The notes below the pieces were generated by a model. The model was not told the DNA's origin. It worked only from the letters and a program-made list of their open reading frames with translations, and did not search any database. The position numbers were made by a program, and so were the translations under genes. From NCBI GenBank assembly GCA_965248435.1, contig OZ252100.1:5280001-5344000 (forward strand): a stretch of DNA of 64,000 nucleotides, read 5' to 3'. Source of the stretch: Candidatus Latescibacterota bacterium. GTDB lineage: Bacteria > Latescibacterota > UBA2968 > GCA-2709665. Shown here one piece after another: positions 1-10,537 of the stretch (its first letter is position 1; every line of letters starts with the position of its first letter).

Positions 1-1929
1 AAGCGCTTTGTCTCGGGTGAGACCCGGGAAACGGGCGATCTCCCGATCAGTTGGGGAAAGGACCGCATAGAATGGAAGGGCCACGGTTCCAAACCGCACT
101 TCTTGAAAATCTCGATTCCGAGCGTAGACGTCCCCGACACCGTCTGTGTAGAGTTGGACGAGTACAAACCGTCCGAGCATTGAGCGGACATCGGGCTCCG
201 AGAAGATGTTCGCTTCCATCCAGCGGCAGTTTGTACAAGCGTAACCTGTAAAATCGATGAAGATAGGTCTGCCATCCCTCCGGGCCGTGGCGAGGGCCTC
301 TTCGTAGTTGTCCTCCCAGGATAGGTCTTCACCCCCTCGCATGTTTGAAATCGAGCCCTGACTTCCATACGGGGGAAGGAAGGCATCAAATTCACCCAGG
401 GGCGAGCCCTGGAGGCCCGATAGGAGGTAAAGGCTGAAGGCCAAGCACCCTAAACTCGTGATGAGGCGCACCGGACCCACTGACTCCAAAGGCGAATCGT
501 GAGGAAGCCGGACTTTGCCTAAGAGGTAGATCGCACAGATCGCGAAGATCGCGATCCACGTGGCGAGGAAGACTTCTCGAGACAAGACGCCCCATTTCCA
601 CACCAGATCGACGTTACTCAGAAACTTCATGGCGGCGGCCAGTTCAAGGAACCCCATGACGACCTTGACCGAATTGAGCCAGCCCCCACTCTTGGGCAAA
701 GACGCGAGACCTTGTGGGAAGAGTGACAAGAAGAAGAAAGGGAGGGCAAAGGCTGCCGAAAAAGCCAGCATCCCCAGTAGCGGCCACGTCCAGCTTCCCT
801 GAGAAGTGAGTACCAGAAGGGTACCTACGAATGGAGCTGTGCACGTAAAGGAGGTCAACGTAAATGCGAAGCCCATCGCAAGGATGGTCCAGTAGCCACC
901 TCCGCCGACGCTTCCAAACCTATTCACCAGACCCGTGGGCAGGCGTATCTCGAAGAGTCCAAACAGATTGAGCGCGAAAGCCACAAAGAGGCCGGCAATG
1001 AGCAAGTTGACAAAAGGGTTTGCCGCAAATCTGTTCGCTCCCGATGCCCCCAGGGTTGCGGCGAGAAGGAGTCCCAGGCCTGTGAACGTAAACACGATTC
1101 CCAGGCAGTAGACGAGCGACTTTAATACGGATTCGGCTCGATCCGTGTTTGCCTGTTTTGTAAAGAAGGAAACGGTGATCGGGATCATGGGAAATACGCA
1201 CGGGGTCAGCAGGGCGATGAGCCCCATGGAGAAGGCGAGAGACAGAAATGGCAAAAGTCCGCGTGAAACAGCCCGCTCTACGTCTAGAATGCTTCCCACT
1301 CCATCCAGTTGCTCTACTCCCGGTGCTGCAGGAGCGATAGTTGTGACGTAGATTTCACGGGGGGGTCCGGCGACGATGTGGAGGGGGACCTTGAATGGAA
1401 GGGTCGTAGGCGGAAGGCAGGTGCTTGGGTCGCAAAGCATGTAGGTGATGCTTCCTTTCAGGGCAGCCTCACCCTGGGGAACGCCTGGCACGACCTCGGC
1501 TCTCAGCCCGAATTTTACGGATTCGCCAAAGTACTCCACATTCATCTCGAAGTTGGGGTCGTAATCTCGAACCGGTTTTGGTTGAATGACCGGTCCGATC
1601 TGTCGAAAACGGTCACCGCTTTCGATTCGGATCTCCGTTGGGAGGGGTCCACCGGGAGGTGTTGTTGTGGAATAGATATGCCAATTCGGAAGCAATTCGA
1701 CGTCGACCCAGAGCGTGGCGGTCTCTCCGGGGCGCAAGACGGCGGGATCAACTTGGAAGGAGAATAATGCGGGAGTGTCTGACCGGGCGGGTGCCTGCGA
1801 CGCAGCGACCAGGGAGGCTAGAAGGACGAAGGCCCATCTGGACCTGAAGTTCCGAGACAGGAAAGCCGTAAATGAGCGAATTCCCGGCAGAACCGCAACG
1901 CGCTCGGGTTGGTTTATACGCGTATGCAT
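1..1929 (-). CDS. dsbD: Thiol:disulfide interchange protein DsbD (3' end runs off the window)
   Basis: Not in the ORF track. Manual translation from ATG 1929 shows an N-domain with MLCDPSTCLPP, a TM domain (LPKSGGWLNSVKVVMGFLE) and a thioredoxin domain FIDFTGYACTNCRWME; start and C-terminal segments share one frame. Confidence 0.88.
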   Translation of the reverse strand, partial: MHTRINQPERVAVLPGIRSFTAFLSRNFRSRWAFVLLASLVAASQAPARSDTPALFSFQVDPAVLRPGETATLWVDVELLPNWHIYSTTTPPGGPLPTEIRIESGDRFRQIGPVIQPKPVRDYDPNFEMNVEYFGESVKFGLRAEVVPGVPQGEAALKGSITYMLCDPSTCLPPTTLPFKVPLHIVAGPPREIYVTTIAPAAPGVEQLDGVGSILDVERAVSRGLLPFLSLAFSMGLIALLTPCVFPMIPITVSFFTKQANTDRAESVLKSLVYCLGIVFTFTGLGLLLAATLGASGANRFAANPFVNLLIAGLFVAFALNLFGLFEIRLPTGLVNRFGSVGGGGYWTILAMGFAFTLTSFTCTAPFVGTLLVLTSQGSWTWPLLGMLAFSAAFALPFFFLSLFPQGLASLPKSGGWLNSVKVVMGFLELAAAMKFLSNVDLVWKWGVLSREVFLATWIAIFAICAIYLLGKVRLPHDSPLESVGPVRLITSLGCLAFSLYLLSGLQGSPLGEFDAFLPPYGSQGSISNMRGGEDLSWEDNYEEALATARRDGRPIFIDFTGYACTNCRWMEANIFSEPDVRSMLGRFVLVQLYTDGVGDVYARNRDFQEVRFGTVALPFYAVLSPTDREIARFPGLTRDKAL

Positions 1930-2010
1930 AATGCGATCGCCAAATGGAAGAGGCTTCCGAAAGGCCGTGATTTTGGTACCCTTTTACGTCCCGGCTTTGG
2001 AAAGGTTGCT

Positions 2011-2922
2011 TCAAGAATCATCCGGAGCGAGGTCTCGGGGTTGCCTTTCGTTCGTCAGGACCTCGAGCAGTTTCTGTGTCGCGACCGAAAGGCTGCGTCC
2101 CCTCCTATACAGGATTCCCAATGGGCGCGTAAAGGGTTCGCCCACGAAAGGCAAAGCTATCAGCGTTTTTCTCATTTTCTCCTGTTCTACAGCGGGCTCG
2201 GGAACGATAGAGACGCCGAGATCGACTTCAACGGCGTTCTTGAGTGTGGCAATATGGTCTAACTCCATAACCACGTCGGGCTTTAGGCTGTGCTTCCTGA
2301 AAAATCGGTCGATCGCCCGTCGGGTAGGCGTTTCGGGCGTGAAGAGGATGAACGGTATTCCTTCAAGCTCCTTCGGTGAAACAGATTGCTGCTTTGCGAG
2401 CGGGTTTGAGGGATGGCAAATCAAGACCACTTGATCTTCAGTAAATGAAACGACGTCGACGTTGCGTTGAGGGCGTGGGTAGGCCACGATTCCGAGATCG
2501 ATTTCGCTGCTTGCGACATCTTCGTAGATCTTCTGGGCCTGGCCGTATTGGAGCCTTAAATCGACCTTAGGATACGATTTCAGGAAAGATTTCAGGTAGG
2601 GGGCAAGCTCCAGCATTCCCACACTGTATATGGAGGAGAGTCGAACTGTCCCTGAAACGACTCCACCAAGCGCCTGAATTCGATGCTGCATCTCTTCATA
2701 GCGTCTGACGATTTCCCTGGCATACCGATAGAAAACTTCGCCCTCGGCTGTGAGCGTCAGTCGACGCTTTTCTCGTTCCAGAAGCGGCCTGCCCTGTCTC
2801 TTTTCAATGCTTTTCAACTGCTGGCTAACCGCGGACTGTGTCACTGAATTGAGTACCGCTGTCTTGGAGAAACTTTGCGTTTCCACAAGATCACAGAAAA
2901 CCTTCAGACTTTCAATCAGCAC
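2011..2922 (-). CDS. LysR-family transcriptional regulator
   Basis: N-terminal HTH (SFSKTA...TQSAVSQQLKSIE) plus LysR substrate-binding domain. Confidence 0.95.
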   Translation of the reverse strand: MLIESLKVFCDLVETQSFSKTAVLNSVTQSAVSQQLKSIEKRQGRPLLEREKRRLTLTAEGEVFYRYAREIVRRYEEMQHRIQALGGVVSGTVRLSSIYSVGMLELAPYLKSFLKSYPKVDLRLQYGQAQKIYEDVASSEIDLGIVAYPRPQRNVDVVSFTEDQVVLICHPSNPLAKQQSVSPKELEGIPFILFTPETPTRRAIDRFFRKHSLKPDVVMELDHIATLKNAVEVDLGVSIVPEPAVEQEKMRKTLIALPFVGEPFTRPLGILYRRGRSLSVATQKLLEVLTNERQPRDLAPDDS

Positions 2923-2966
2923 CGTATTCGCCTCCAGATGAAGCGCTCGAAGGGTTGTGAAAAGGC

Positions 2967-3740
2967 TTATGGATGTCTGTGATTGCCCCTGATTCGAGCA
3001 AGGTCGAATGAGTTACGCAGGATGCTTTCCATCAATTTGGTCCGCGTGTCCGGATCGCTTGCCCATCTTACAGGTACTTCACAAACCTGGTAGTTCAACA
3101 AGCTTGCAAGGTGAAGAATTTCAACATCGAACGTAAATCGGTCAACGACGAGTCTTGAAAATATGTCCCGGGCGGCGTGTCTCTGGAACAGCTTGAACCC
3201 ACATTGTGTGTCCTTGAATCGACGCAAGGCTGGGAACATCGATTGAACCTCGAGATTGAACAGGCGAGAACCGATTTGTCTGGAGCGCTTCGGGAGATTT
3301 TGGATAACGGATTCCTTGAGCGTTCTGGATCCGATAACGATATCACATCCCAGCATCAACTTCTCCAAAGATTCTGTTAAGCAGGAGATATCCGTCTTGT
3401 AGTCTGCATCCATAAATCCCACATACCGTCCCCGCGTACGTCGAATTCCGGATTTAACGGCGTAGCCTTTGCCGCGATTTTGCTCATTTCGGACGGCGAC
3501 AAGCTGTGGGTAATCGTGGCTTGTCCTTCGAATGATGTCTTCCGTGCCATCTGTGCTTCCATCGTCGACAACAATCAACTCCCAGCCAAAATTGTTCCTC
3601 TCTAGGAAGCGCACGCTGTTCTGCAGGGTTGATTCGATCTTTTTCGACTCATTGAAGGCAGGCAATACGAGCGACAAAAGGGGTTCGGGACCCTTGCGGG
3701 TCCCTTCTGCTGGTTCTAGGAAAAAGCCCTTATCTTGCAC
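2967..3740 (-). CDS. GT2 glycosyltransferase (polyprenol-phosphate glycosyltransferase-like)
   Basis: LPAFNE, VDDGSTDGT, NRGKG, DAD, DTQCGFKLF motifs. Confidence 0.9.
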   Translation of the reverse strand: MQDKGFFLEPAEGTRKGPEPLLSLVLPAFNESKKIESTLQNSVRFLERNNFGWELIVVDDGSTDGTEDIIRRTSHDYPQLVAVRNEQNRGKGYAVKSGIRRTRGRYVGFMDADYKTDISCLTESLEKLMLGCDIVIGSRTLKESVIQNLPKRSRQIGSRLFNLEVQSMFPALRRFKDTQCGFKLFQRHAARDIFSRLVVDRFTFDVEILHLASLLNYQVCEVPVRWASDPDTRTKLMESILRNSFDLARIRGNHRHP

Positions 3741-3789
3741 CGGCCCACCCTATACAGTATTAATCTCCTTGGCTGATTAAGGAAATAAT

Positions 3790-3809
3790 TCTTATAGAAA
3801 AGTATAAGA
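3790..3809. promoter_or_regulatory. Palindromic operator candidate in AT-rich divergent intergenic region
   Basis: TCTTATA-GAAAAG-TATAAGA dyad between the GT2/LysR genes and accD. Confidence 0.3.
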
Positions 3810-4096
3810 TACGTAAAACAACACTAAAATAATCTATAAGAACCACGAAACTATGTCAATAGGAAAAGGACGGTCGGGAGGTGCAGGCCGGATCTCAAAA
3901 TGACCGGAATGTCCTTGTGCCCAGGTTGGGTTCGTTCTATATTATTCAGCCCATTTCATAAGATTTGGGCCTTAATCAATCCAATAAGTTTCACAACTTT
4001 AATGAACTTAGGAGAATCCTTGTCAAGGAAAGCTGATTTCGGAGTTTTTGTTCACGTTGATCACGATGACGCTCCAAAAAGGCAGGGGGCCAGCGA

Positions 4097-4972
4097 GTGA
4101 ATTGGTTCGAAAGGCTTAAATCCGGTATCAGGACGATCGTCAGGAAGGGGATGCCGGAGAATCTGTGGATCAAGTGCGAGCGGTGCCATCAGACTGTCTA
4201 CAGGAAGCAGATCGACCAGAACTATGGGACCTGTCCGAACTGTGGAGCACACTTCCGCATCGGTTATCGGGACTTTCTTGGCCACGTCGTAGACGAGGGA
4301 ACGTTTCAAGAAATCGCCTCGGAGGTCAAGTCTGCAGATCCACTAGAGTTCAAAGACAAATATCGGTATGCCGACCGCATCAAGGAGGACTGCAAGAAGA
4401 CCGGTCTCGAGGCCGCCGTCTGTACCGGCATAGCTAAAATCTCCGGGCGACCGGTGGGGATCGGAATTCACGAGTTCAGTTTTAGGGGCGGGTCTCTTGG
4501 CTCTGCGGAGGGAGAGCGAATCTGTCGCTTGGTTGACAGGTGCATCGCAGACAGCCTGCCCCTGATCCTGGTTTGTCGTTCGGGGGGAGCCAGAATGCAG
4601 GAAAGCATTCTCTCTCTTATGCAGCTGGCCAAGATCAACGCGAAACTCGCTCAGTTTGCCGAGAACGGCCTTCCCTTCATTTCGTTGTTGACAGATCCGA
4701 CGACGGCAGGTGTTTCGGCGAGCTATGCGTTAATCGGCGATATCAACATTGCAGAGCCGAATGCCCTCATCGGGTTCACGGGCGAGCGAATTACCGAGCG
4801 ATCCGTGGGGGAGGAGGAAATGGACGCGCTGAGAAGGGCGCAGCGGGCCGAGCAAGTGCTTGCCAACGGGTTTGTGGACATGATCGTTTCGAGAGGTGAA
4901 ATCAGGCAGACACTCTCCAATCTCCTCGGCTTACTCGCCGGGGAAAGGTCCTCCGCTCAGGTTGCAGTATAA
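4097..4972 (+). CDS. accD: Acetyl-CoA carboxylase carboxyltransferase beta subunit
   Basis: LWIKC..C...CPNC zinc finger, GGSLGS, SGGARMQE, AEPNALIGF. Confidence 0.95.
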   Translation: MNWFERLKSGIRTIVRKGMPENLWIKCERCHQTVYRKQIDQNYGTCPNCGAHFRIGYRDFLGHVVDEGTFQEIASEVKSADPLEFKDKYRYADRIKEDCKKTGLEAAVCTGIAKISGRPVGIGIHEFSFRGGSLGSAEGERICRLVDRCIADSLPLILVCRSGGARMQESILSLMQLAKINAKLAQFAENGLPFISLLTDPTTAGVSASYALIGDINIAEPNALIGFTGERITERSVGEEEMDALRRAQRAEQVLANGFVDMIVSRGEIRQTLSNLLGLLAGERSSAQVAV

Positions 4973-5047
4973 GCAGCAATGAAATACTCCAGGTGAAGCT
5001 GAGAGGGTTCCAGGCCGGGATTCCGTATTGGGAAAAGGAAGAGTCTA

Positions 5048-5554
5048 GTGGGAGCGGCGATCAGAGTCTACGTTGCCGTCTTTCTGTTTCGCAACGATCA
5101 CGTCCTTCTTCTTCGAAGGTCGAAGGATAAGACATTAGCCCCTGGTCTCTGGACCGGCGTAGGTGGTCGAGTGGAACCTGAGGAGATGGATGATGTGGAG
5201 CGAGCCGCGCTTCGCGAAATTCATGAAGAGACCGGTATATCACCTGAAGAAGTGCGTGACTTGAGAATTCGAGTCGTGTTCACGCAACCTGAAGAAGGTG
5301 ACATCTCGATTCTCGTTTTCTGCACGGGCTCAACCGACCGCGTGGACCTGGGTCCGTGTGAAGAGGGGGATCTCCAATGGATCGAACTAGACCGGGTCAA
5401 GGAGATCCCGTTGATCGAGAACGCGGCTCGTGCGCTCGAGTTCTCTGCGAAAACCGAAAACCTGGAATCGCACGACGTCCAGTTTGGAATCTGCATCCCC
5501 CAAAAAGGGGGGGATCCGCTGCTTGCCATATCCCCCGACTTGTCTTCCCTCTAA
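5048..5554 (+). CDS. NUDIX hydrolase
   Basis: Nudix box GGRVEPEE...AALREIHEETG. Confidence 0.9.
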   Translation: MGAAIRVYVAVFLFRNDHVLLLRRSKDKTLAPGLWTGVGGRVEPEEMDDVERAALREIHEETGISPEEVRDLRIRVVFTQPEEGDISILVFCTGSTDRVDLGPCEEGDLQWIELDRVKEIPLIENAARALEFSAKTENLESHDVQFGICIPQKGGDPLLAISPDLSSL

Positions 5555-5625
5555 GACCTGATATCGGTGGTGGATCGTCATTCGCTCTGAAAGCGGGTGA
5601 AAGCAGTGTATAGAAGGGAGCAGCA

Positions 5626-6066
5626 ATGAAGATCCTTGTTCTTCAAGGGCCCAATTTGAACATGCTCGGGAAGCGAAAGGCAGAGCACTACGGAGTGGAG
5701 ACGCTTGATGAGATCCACAAGCGCATGGTCGAGAAGGCTGATAGTCTGGGTGTCGAACTGATCCTCTACCAGTCCAACCACGAAGGCGACCTCGTAGAAA
5801 AGATCCACGCCGAACGAGAGAACGCACAAGGCATTGTCGTGAATCCTGCTGGGCTTACCGGGTTCGGGTATTCACTCCGAGACGCGGTAGAAGACAGCGG
5901 ACTCCCGGCGGTAGAGGTGCATCTCTCTAACATTTACGCTCGAGAAGAATTCCGTGAGAGTTCGTGTCTGTCATCCGTAGTCGTCGGACAGATTGCAGGA
6001 TTCAAATGGCGAGGGTATATCGCCGCGCTGGAGATACTAGCTGGGATGCTTAAGGAGGGGACCTGA
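5626..6066 (+). CDS. aroQ: Type II 3-dehydroquinate dehydratase
   Basis: GPNLNMLGKR, QSNHEG, EVHLSNIYAREEFR. Confidence 0.95.
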   Translation: MKILVLQGPNLNMLGKRKAEHYGVETLDEIHKRMVEKADSLGVELILYQSNHEGDLVEKIHAERENAQGIVVNPAGLTGFGYSLRDAVEDSGLPAVEVHLSNIYAREEFRESSCLSSVVVGQIAGFKWRGYIAALEILAGMLKEGT

Positions 6067-6068
6067 AC

Positions 6069-7523
6069 ATGCACAGGTGCTACAAGGTCATAATGAGTAT
6101 GAAACCACTTCGACTTCTCTTGTGCCTGGTGATGACCCTTCCCCTAACAGGTTCCGCGCTTTATGGGCAAGCCCGATCTAGAACGGCGCTTGAGGCGCTG
6201 GGGAGGTTGAGCCACTCATTCGAAGCGCTTGCAGAACAGGTGGGCCCGGCAGTCGTTCAGATCCTGGTGACGAGGTACGCCGCCCACCAGGGGTTGGTTC
6301 CAGCGGACGAGAACCTCGTTTCCCGGCAGAGAACATCCGGTTCAGGCGTCATCATTGATCCAGAGGGGTATGTGGTGACAAACGCTCACGTCGTATTGGG
6401 TGCCCGACGAGTCCGAGTCCTCTTACCAAACTCTCCTCGAGAGGTTGATGGACGAAGATCGATTCTCAAGACAAAGAGTCGCGCCGTTGGGGCCCAGGTG
6501 ATAAATGTGGATCGCGAGACCGATCTAGCCCTGTTAAAAATACATGAAAAGGGGCTGAGCCATCTGACTCTGGCAAATTCCGACGAAATCAAACAGGGCC
6601 AGGTCGTTTTCGCCTTCGGCAGTCCGCTTGGCCTGGAGAATACGGTGACGATGGGGGTTGTGAGTTCTGTCGCACGTCAACTCCGGCCCGAAGATCCCAT
6701 GATCTACATCCAGACTGACGCCCCGATCAACCCAGGAAATAGCGGCGGACCCCTCGTGGATGCCGCAGGGCAGGTGATCGGAATCAACACCCTGATTTTT
6801 TCGCAGTCAGGGGGCAACGAGGGAATCGGATTCGCCGCACCGAGCAACATCGTACGAAGTGTGGTTGAACAGATCCGTGAGACGGGCCGTGTGAGTCGTG
6901 GCGAAATCGGTGTCTATGCTCAGACCCTTACACCAACGCTTCAGTCCGCTCTGGGACTCGCTCAAGGCGGAGGTGTCGTCCTGGGTGACGTGTTTCCAGG
7001 GAGTTCTGCAGCCGAGGCCGGTTTGGAAAGGCAGGACATTATCTTGACGATGGATGGCAAGGCGATGGAAAATGCACGTCAGTTTAGCGTGAACCTATAC
7101 AGCAAACCTGTTGGGGAAACTGTTTCCGTCGAAGTACTGAGGCAATCTGAAAGGCTCGCTGTTGATGTGGTAGTTATCAAGCGGCCGGACGACCTCGAGC
7201 GATTTGCAGAACTGGTCAGCCCGGAACGGAATCTCATTCAACAACTCGGCATTCTGGGCATTGAGATGACGCGGGAGATTGCAGCGATGTTTCCCGTTTT
7301 GAGGAAAAGAAGTGGTGTCGTCGTCGCAGCAAGGGCTCTAGATGCACCTGAATGGGAGCGGGGGCTTATCCCTGGAGACGTTATCCACGAGATCAATCAC
7401 GTTTCGGTGAAGACCCTGGCAGGCTTACGGGAGGCGCTTTCGGCGTTGGAAGTCTTGGATCCGGTCGCGATTCTGGTGGAAAGGCAAGGAAAGTACAGGT
7501 TCATCGCGCTGGAAGTTGAATAA
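6069..7523 (+). CDS. HtrA/DegP-family serine protease with two PDZ domains
   Basis: Signal peptide, TNAHV, DLAL, QTDAPINPGNSGGPL, two PDZ-like repeats. Confidence 0.93.
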   Translation: MHRCYKVIMSMKPLRLLLCLVMTLPLTGSALYGQARSRTALEALGRLSHSFEALAEQVGPAVVQILVTRYAAHQGLVPADENLVSRQRTSGSGVIIDPEGYVVTNAHVVLGARRVRVLLPNSPREVDGRRSILKTKSRAVGAQVINVDRETDLALLKIHEKGLSHLTLANSDEIKQGQVVFAFGSPLGLENTVTMGVVSSVARQLRPEDPMIYIQTDAPINPGNSGGPLVDAAGQVIGINTLIFSQSGGNEGIGFAAPSNIVRSVVEQIRETGRVSRGEIGVYAQTLTPTLQSALGLAQGGGVVLGDVFPGSSAAEAGLERQDIILTMDGKAMENARQFSVNLYSKPVGETVSVEVLRQSERLAVDVVVIKRPDDLERFAELVSPERNLIQQLGILGIEMTREIAAMFPVLRKRSGVVVAARALDAPEWERGLIPGDVIHEINHVSVKTLAGLREALSALEVLDPVAILVERQGKYRFIALEVE

Positions 7524-7546
7524 AGGTTCCATCTACAAGCAAAAAG

Positions 7547-7576
7547 AAGCGCCTCGGTCGAAAGACCGAGGCGCTT
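7547..7576. terminator. Bidirectional intrinsic terminator
   Basis: Perfect 13-bp stem AAGCGCCTCGGTC-GAAA-GACCGAGGCGCTT between convergent genes. Confidence 0.85.
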
Positions 7577-7589
7577 TGTCGTTCTCGCT

Positions 7590-8789
7590 TCACGTTGATA
7601 CTTGCGATTCTTCCCCTGTTCTTTTCTGAAGTGTTTCTGGCGTTATCTTTGGCGTGATATAATTCAGTATCGATTCTCGATCTTGGATTGACAAGCTCAG
7701 AAATCTAGCCTGTGCGCCAATCGACGTCACCTCCATGATGCGACCAACCTTGTCCCCCAAGACTTGAGAAAGTTCCCCACCGCTTTCTATCTTGATGAGA
7801 TCCGTGACTTCGAGCTCTTCTTCAGCAGAGAACACGAACCCGCTTCCACTGAGCTCGTGAACGTGGATAGGCAGTGATTCAACTTCGTAGTCTTTCTCGA
7901 AAAGTGTAGCAGACGGGGGTGAGTCTCCGATCAGGGATGCCGGCAATCTCTGGGCGACGAGTGCGTGATCCACGTCGCACGAGATCGTCTTCCTCCCGTC
8001 AGGGTGAATCACTTCGTCCGAGTGACGAAGCATGAGATAGGGTACGGGCCGCTCGACCTCCTTGAGGACGCAGCTGCTGAACCGGTATTCACGACCCGGA
8101 TCACTCCAGAAGAATACCCACATGTCCTTATGCCTCTGAAACCGAACAGATCCTTCGCTGTCGTGAAATGTCTCGGTTGTAATCGCAAGCTCATCGAGGT
8201 TCACTACAGAGGCAGAAAGAAGACGGAAGCCTTTTTGCCCTCGAGCCAGCACATACAGCTTTTGATCAAGCGCCAATTCTCGTGTTGTACGGGGCGCCCT
8301 ATCAGCCGGAAGATGGCGAAAGCCAAGCTTTTCACGAAGAGAGGCGAGGCGTTCCACTTGCTCTTCCATTTTCAACCAGGGCATCTTCTGAGCCTCTTGC
8401 ATGCGTGCCGTGGCCGCCTGATCGAAGACATCAATCGACGTCAGGAGCTGGGCCGGCCTTTTCAGATTGGAAGCTTCTACCATCCGCTCTGCCGTTACCT
8501 GCTCCAGGTAATTCAACCCTTTCTCCCCAGCGATTTTCTCAAGATCATCGTAGCTACGCCTCTTCGCCATACGTTGTCTGGCTTTTTTCGTCAATATATA
8601 TGTAGCGACCAATATGAGCGGAATCGATACAAGGATGACCACGATCCAGATCAAAGTAGCTGTGTCTGCTGTCTCCCGGGTTTCCAGCATTCGGAAAACG
8701 GGGCCAAAACTCTCTACCTTGAGGGATTGGAGCAAATGAACCGGCCTTATGTGAGTTGCGCGAAACAACGGTGGGTTCACAGGCAACAT
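7590..8789 (-). CDS. Membrane-anchored protein with degenerate PilZ/YcgR-like C-terminus (start may be 8690)
   Basis: One N-terminal TM helix; C-terminal RKTISC and ELSGSG resemble altered RxxxR and (D/N)xSxxG motifs. Confidence 0.55.
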   Translation of the reverse strand: MLPVNPPLFRATHIRPVHLLQSLKVESFGPVFRMLETRETADTATLIWIVVILVSIPLILVATYILTKKARQRMAKRRSYDDLEKIAGEKGLNYLEQVTAERMVEASNLKRPAQLLTSIDVFDQAATARMQEAQKMPWLKMEEQVERLASLREKLGFRHLPADRAPRTTRELALDQKLYVLARGQKGFRLLSASVVNLDELAITTETFHDSEGSVRFQRHKDMWVFFWSDPGREYRFSSCVLKEVERPVPYLMLRHSDEVIHPDGRKTISCDVDHALVAQRLPASLIGDSPPSATLFEKDYEVESLPIHVHELSGSGFVFSAEEELEVTDLIKIESGGELSQVLGDKVGRIMEVTSIGAQARFLSLSIQDRESILNYITPKITPETLQKRTGEESQVST

Positions 8790-8865
8790 AAAAGATACGA
8801 AAAATTTGTGACCAGGCCAAGAAACCGGCCCTGCCGACCAAATCCTGGTCCGAAACCAAAACGCG

Positions 8866-10506
8866 CTATTTGTCGATCACGTCTGACGGGTTGCTACGAA
8901 CAACGGGGATGTGGATAAGAGTCGGGCAGGAAGATGTTAGTCCTTCTTCGATCGCGGGAGAGATCTGGTCGGCCTTCTCCACGCGCAAGCCCCGACAACC
9001 GAACGCCTCGGCCATCTTATCGAAACGGATGGGGCCGAGTTCGCTGGAGATTCCCTGCCCAAAGGTCCTCTGGTGACCTGTCAGTGTAATGCCCCAGGCC
9101 TCGTCGTCCGCCAGGAGCACCACGAAATTCATTCCCTGCCGGGCGGCAGTCTCGAATTCCGCGACGGTGAATGTAAGTGCACCATCCCCCGTAATCAGAA
9201 CAACTGGTCTTTTGGGATACACGAGCCTGGCCGCCATGGCCGCGGGAAGTCCAAAGCCCACCACACCAGCCGCGCCGTTGGAAATCCAGTGACCGGGGTA
9301 ACGCTCACTGCAGAGGATTTGATGAGCCCATTGGCCGATGTTTCCCCCGTCTATGATCAAGATGGTCTCATCCGTCAGGAGGGACTGGACGGCGCGCAAG
9401 ATATCGAGGGCGTGAAGTTTCCCTTCCTTATTTTGAGCGACGCTTTTACAATTCTTTCTGAACGCCTCCTGTCGCGTCTTGGCCTCCTTCAGCCAGTCCG
9501 TTTTTGAAGAAACACCGAGTGATGTGCAGGCATCGCCGATTTGAATCAGAACGGATTTCGGGTCGCCAAGAATCCTGACGTGGGCGCCAGCGCCCTGATC
9601 GATCTGGGCCGGATCCGCCTCGATGCGGACGATTCTAGCGTCTTCACGGACTTCAGGGGGCTGGAGGTATCCCACACGGTAATCACAGCGTGCCCCGATC
9701 ATCAGGATTAGATCCGCGTCGGCGAGAAGCCGAGGACCACCTGTTGCTGCACCGATCACACCCATGAATGGATCCATCGGCTGCAGAACGGAGCCTCGGT
9801 CCCACGTGGGTATGACGACGGGTATTGAAAGCCCGACGGCAAGATCGCGCAGGGCCTCCTCGCCTCCTGAATAAAAGAGTCCGCTTCCCGCGATCAAGAG
9901 GGGTCGTTTCGAAGCAGAGATCAGGTTTGCGGCTTCGTCGATCAGATCTGGATCTCCCAGGGATCGAGTTGGACTCGAGTCGTACACTTGAATCACGGCA
10001 TTGAGGTCCACATCGGCGGACTGGACATCCAGAGGAAAAGTGAGGTGTACCGGTCCCTGGCGAGGGGCTGTAGCTGCCGCGAAGGCCTCGTGGATGTAGT
10101 TGGGAATACGTTCGGGGCAATCTATGATCTTTGCGTACTTGCACACCGGTTCTGCCATCGCGACCTGCGGAAAATCCTGGAAGTGGCCCAGCCCGATCGT
10201 CTCGGAAGGTCCGCATCCAGTGACGAGCAACATCGGAGCACCATCGAAATGGGCGTCGACCACGCCCGTCAGTGCGTTTGCGTGCGCGACACCGCTGCTA
10301 ACCGCGCATACCCCAGGTTGACGCGTGAGACGTCCCGTGACTTCCGCGATGTAGCTTGCAGCCTGTTCGTTCCTCACGTCCACGAGTTGCAGGTCGAACT
10401 TTTTACAGGCCTCGTATAGAGGGTCTTGCCCGTGGCCGCAAAGGGTCGCAATGTAGGACACGCCCCGGGTCTTGAGCTCTCTGACAAACAGTTCCGCGCC
10501 GTTCAC
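8866..10506 (-). CDS. Thiamine-diphosphate-dependent enzyme (acetolactate synthase-like family)
   Basis: VRNEQAA, GPVHL, ThDP motif ITGDGA. Confidence 0.9.
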   Translation of the reverse strand: MNGAELFVRELKTRGVSYIATLCGHGQDPLYEACKKFDLQLVDVRNEQAASYIAEVTGRLTRQPGVCAVSSGVAHANALTGVVDAHFDGAPMLLVTGCGPSETIGLGHFQDFPQVAMAEPVCKYAKIIDCPERIPNYIHEAFAAATAPRQGPVHLTFPLDVQSADVDLNAVIQVYDSSPTRSLGDPDLIDEAANLISASKRPLLIAGSGLFYSGGEEALRDLAVGLSIPVVIPTWDRGSVLQPMDPFMGVIGAATGGPRLLADADLILMIGARCDYRVGYLQPPEVREDARIVRIEADPAQIDQGAGAHVRILGDPKSVLIQIGDACTSLGVSSKTDWLKEAKTRQEAFRKNCKSVAQNKEGKLHALDILRAVQSLLTDETILIIDGGNIGQWAHQILCSERYPGHWISNGAAGVVGFGLPAAMAARLVYPKRPVVLITGDGALTFTVAEFETAARQGMNFVVLLADDEAWGITLTGHQRTFGQGISSELGPIRFDKMAEAFGCRGLRVEKADQISPAIEEGLTSSCPTLIHIPVVRSNPSDVIDK

Positions 10507-10537
10507 TGATTTCTCCTTTCTGGTGATGCCATCGAGA

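Noticed and set aside
7965-8918. 317-aa + strand ORF
   Set aside because: Antisense to the 7590-8789 gene; no recognisable motifs
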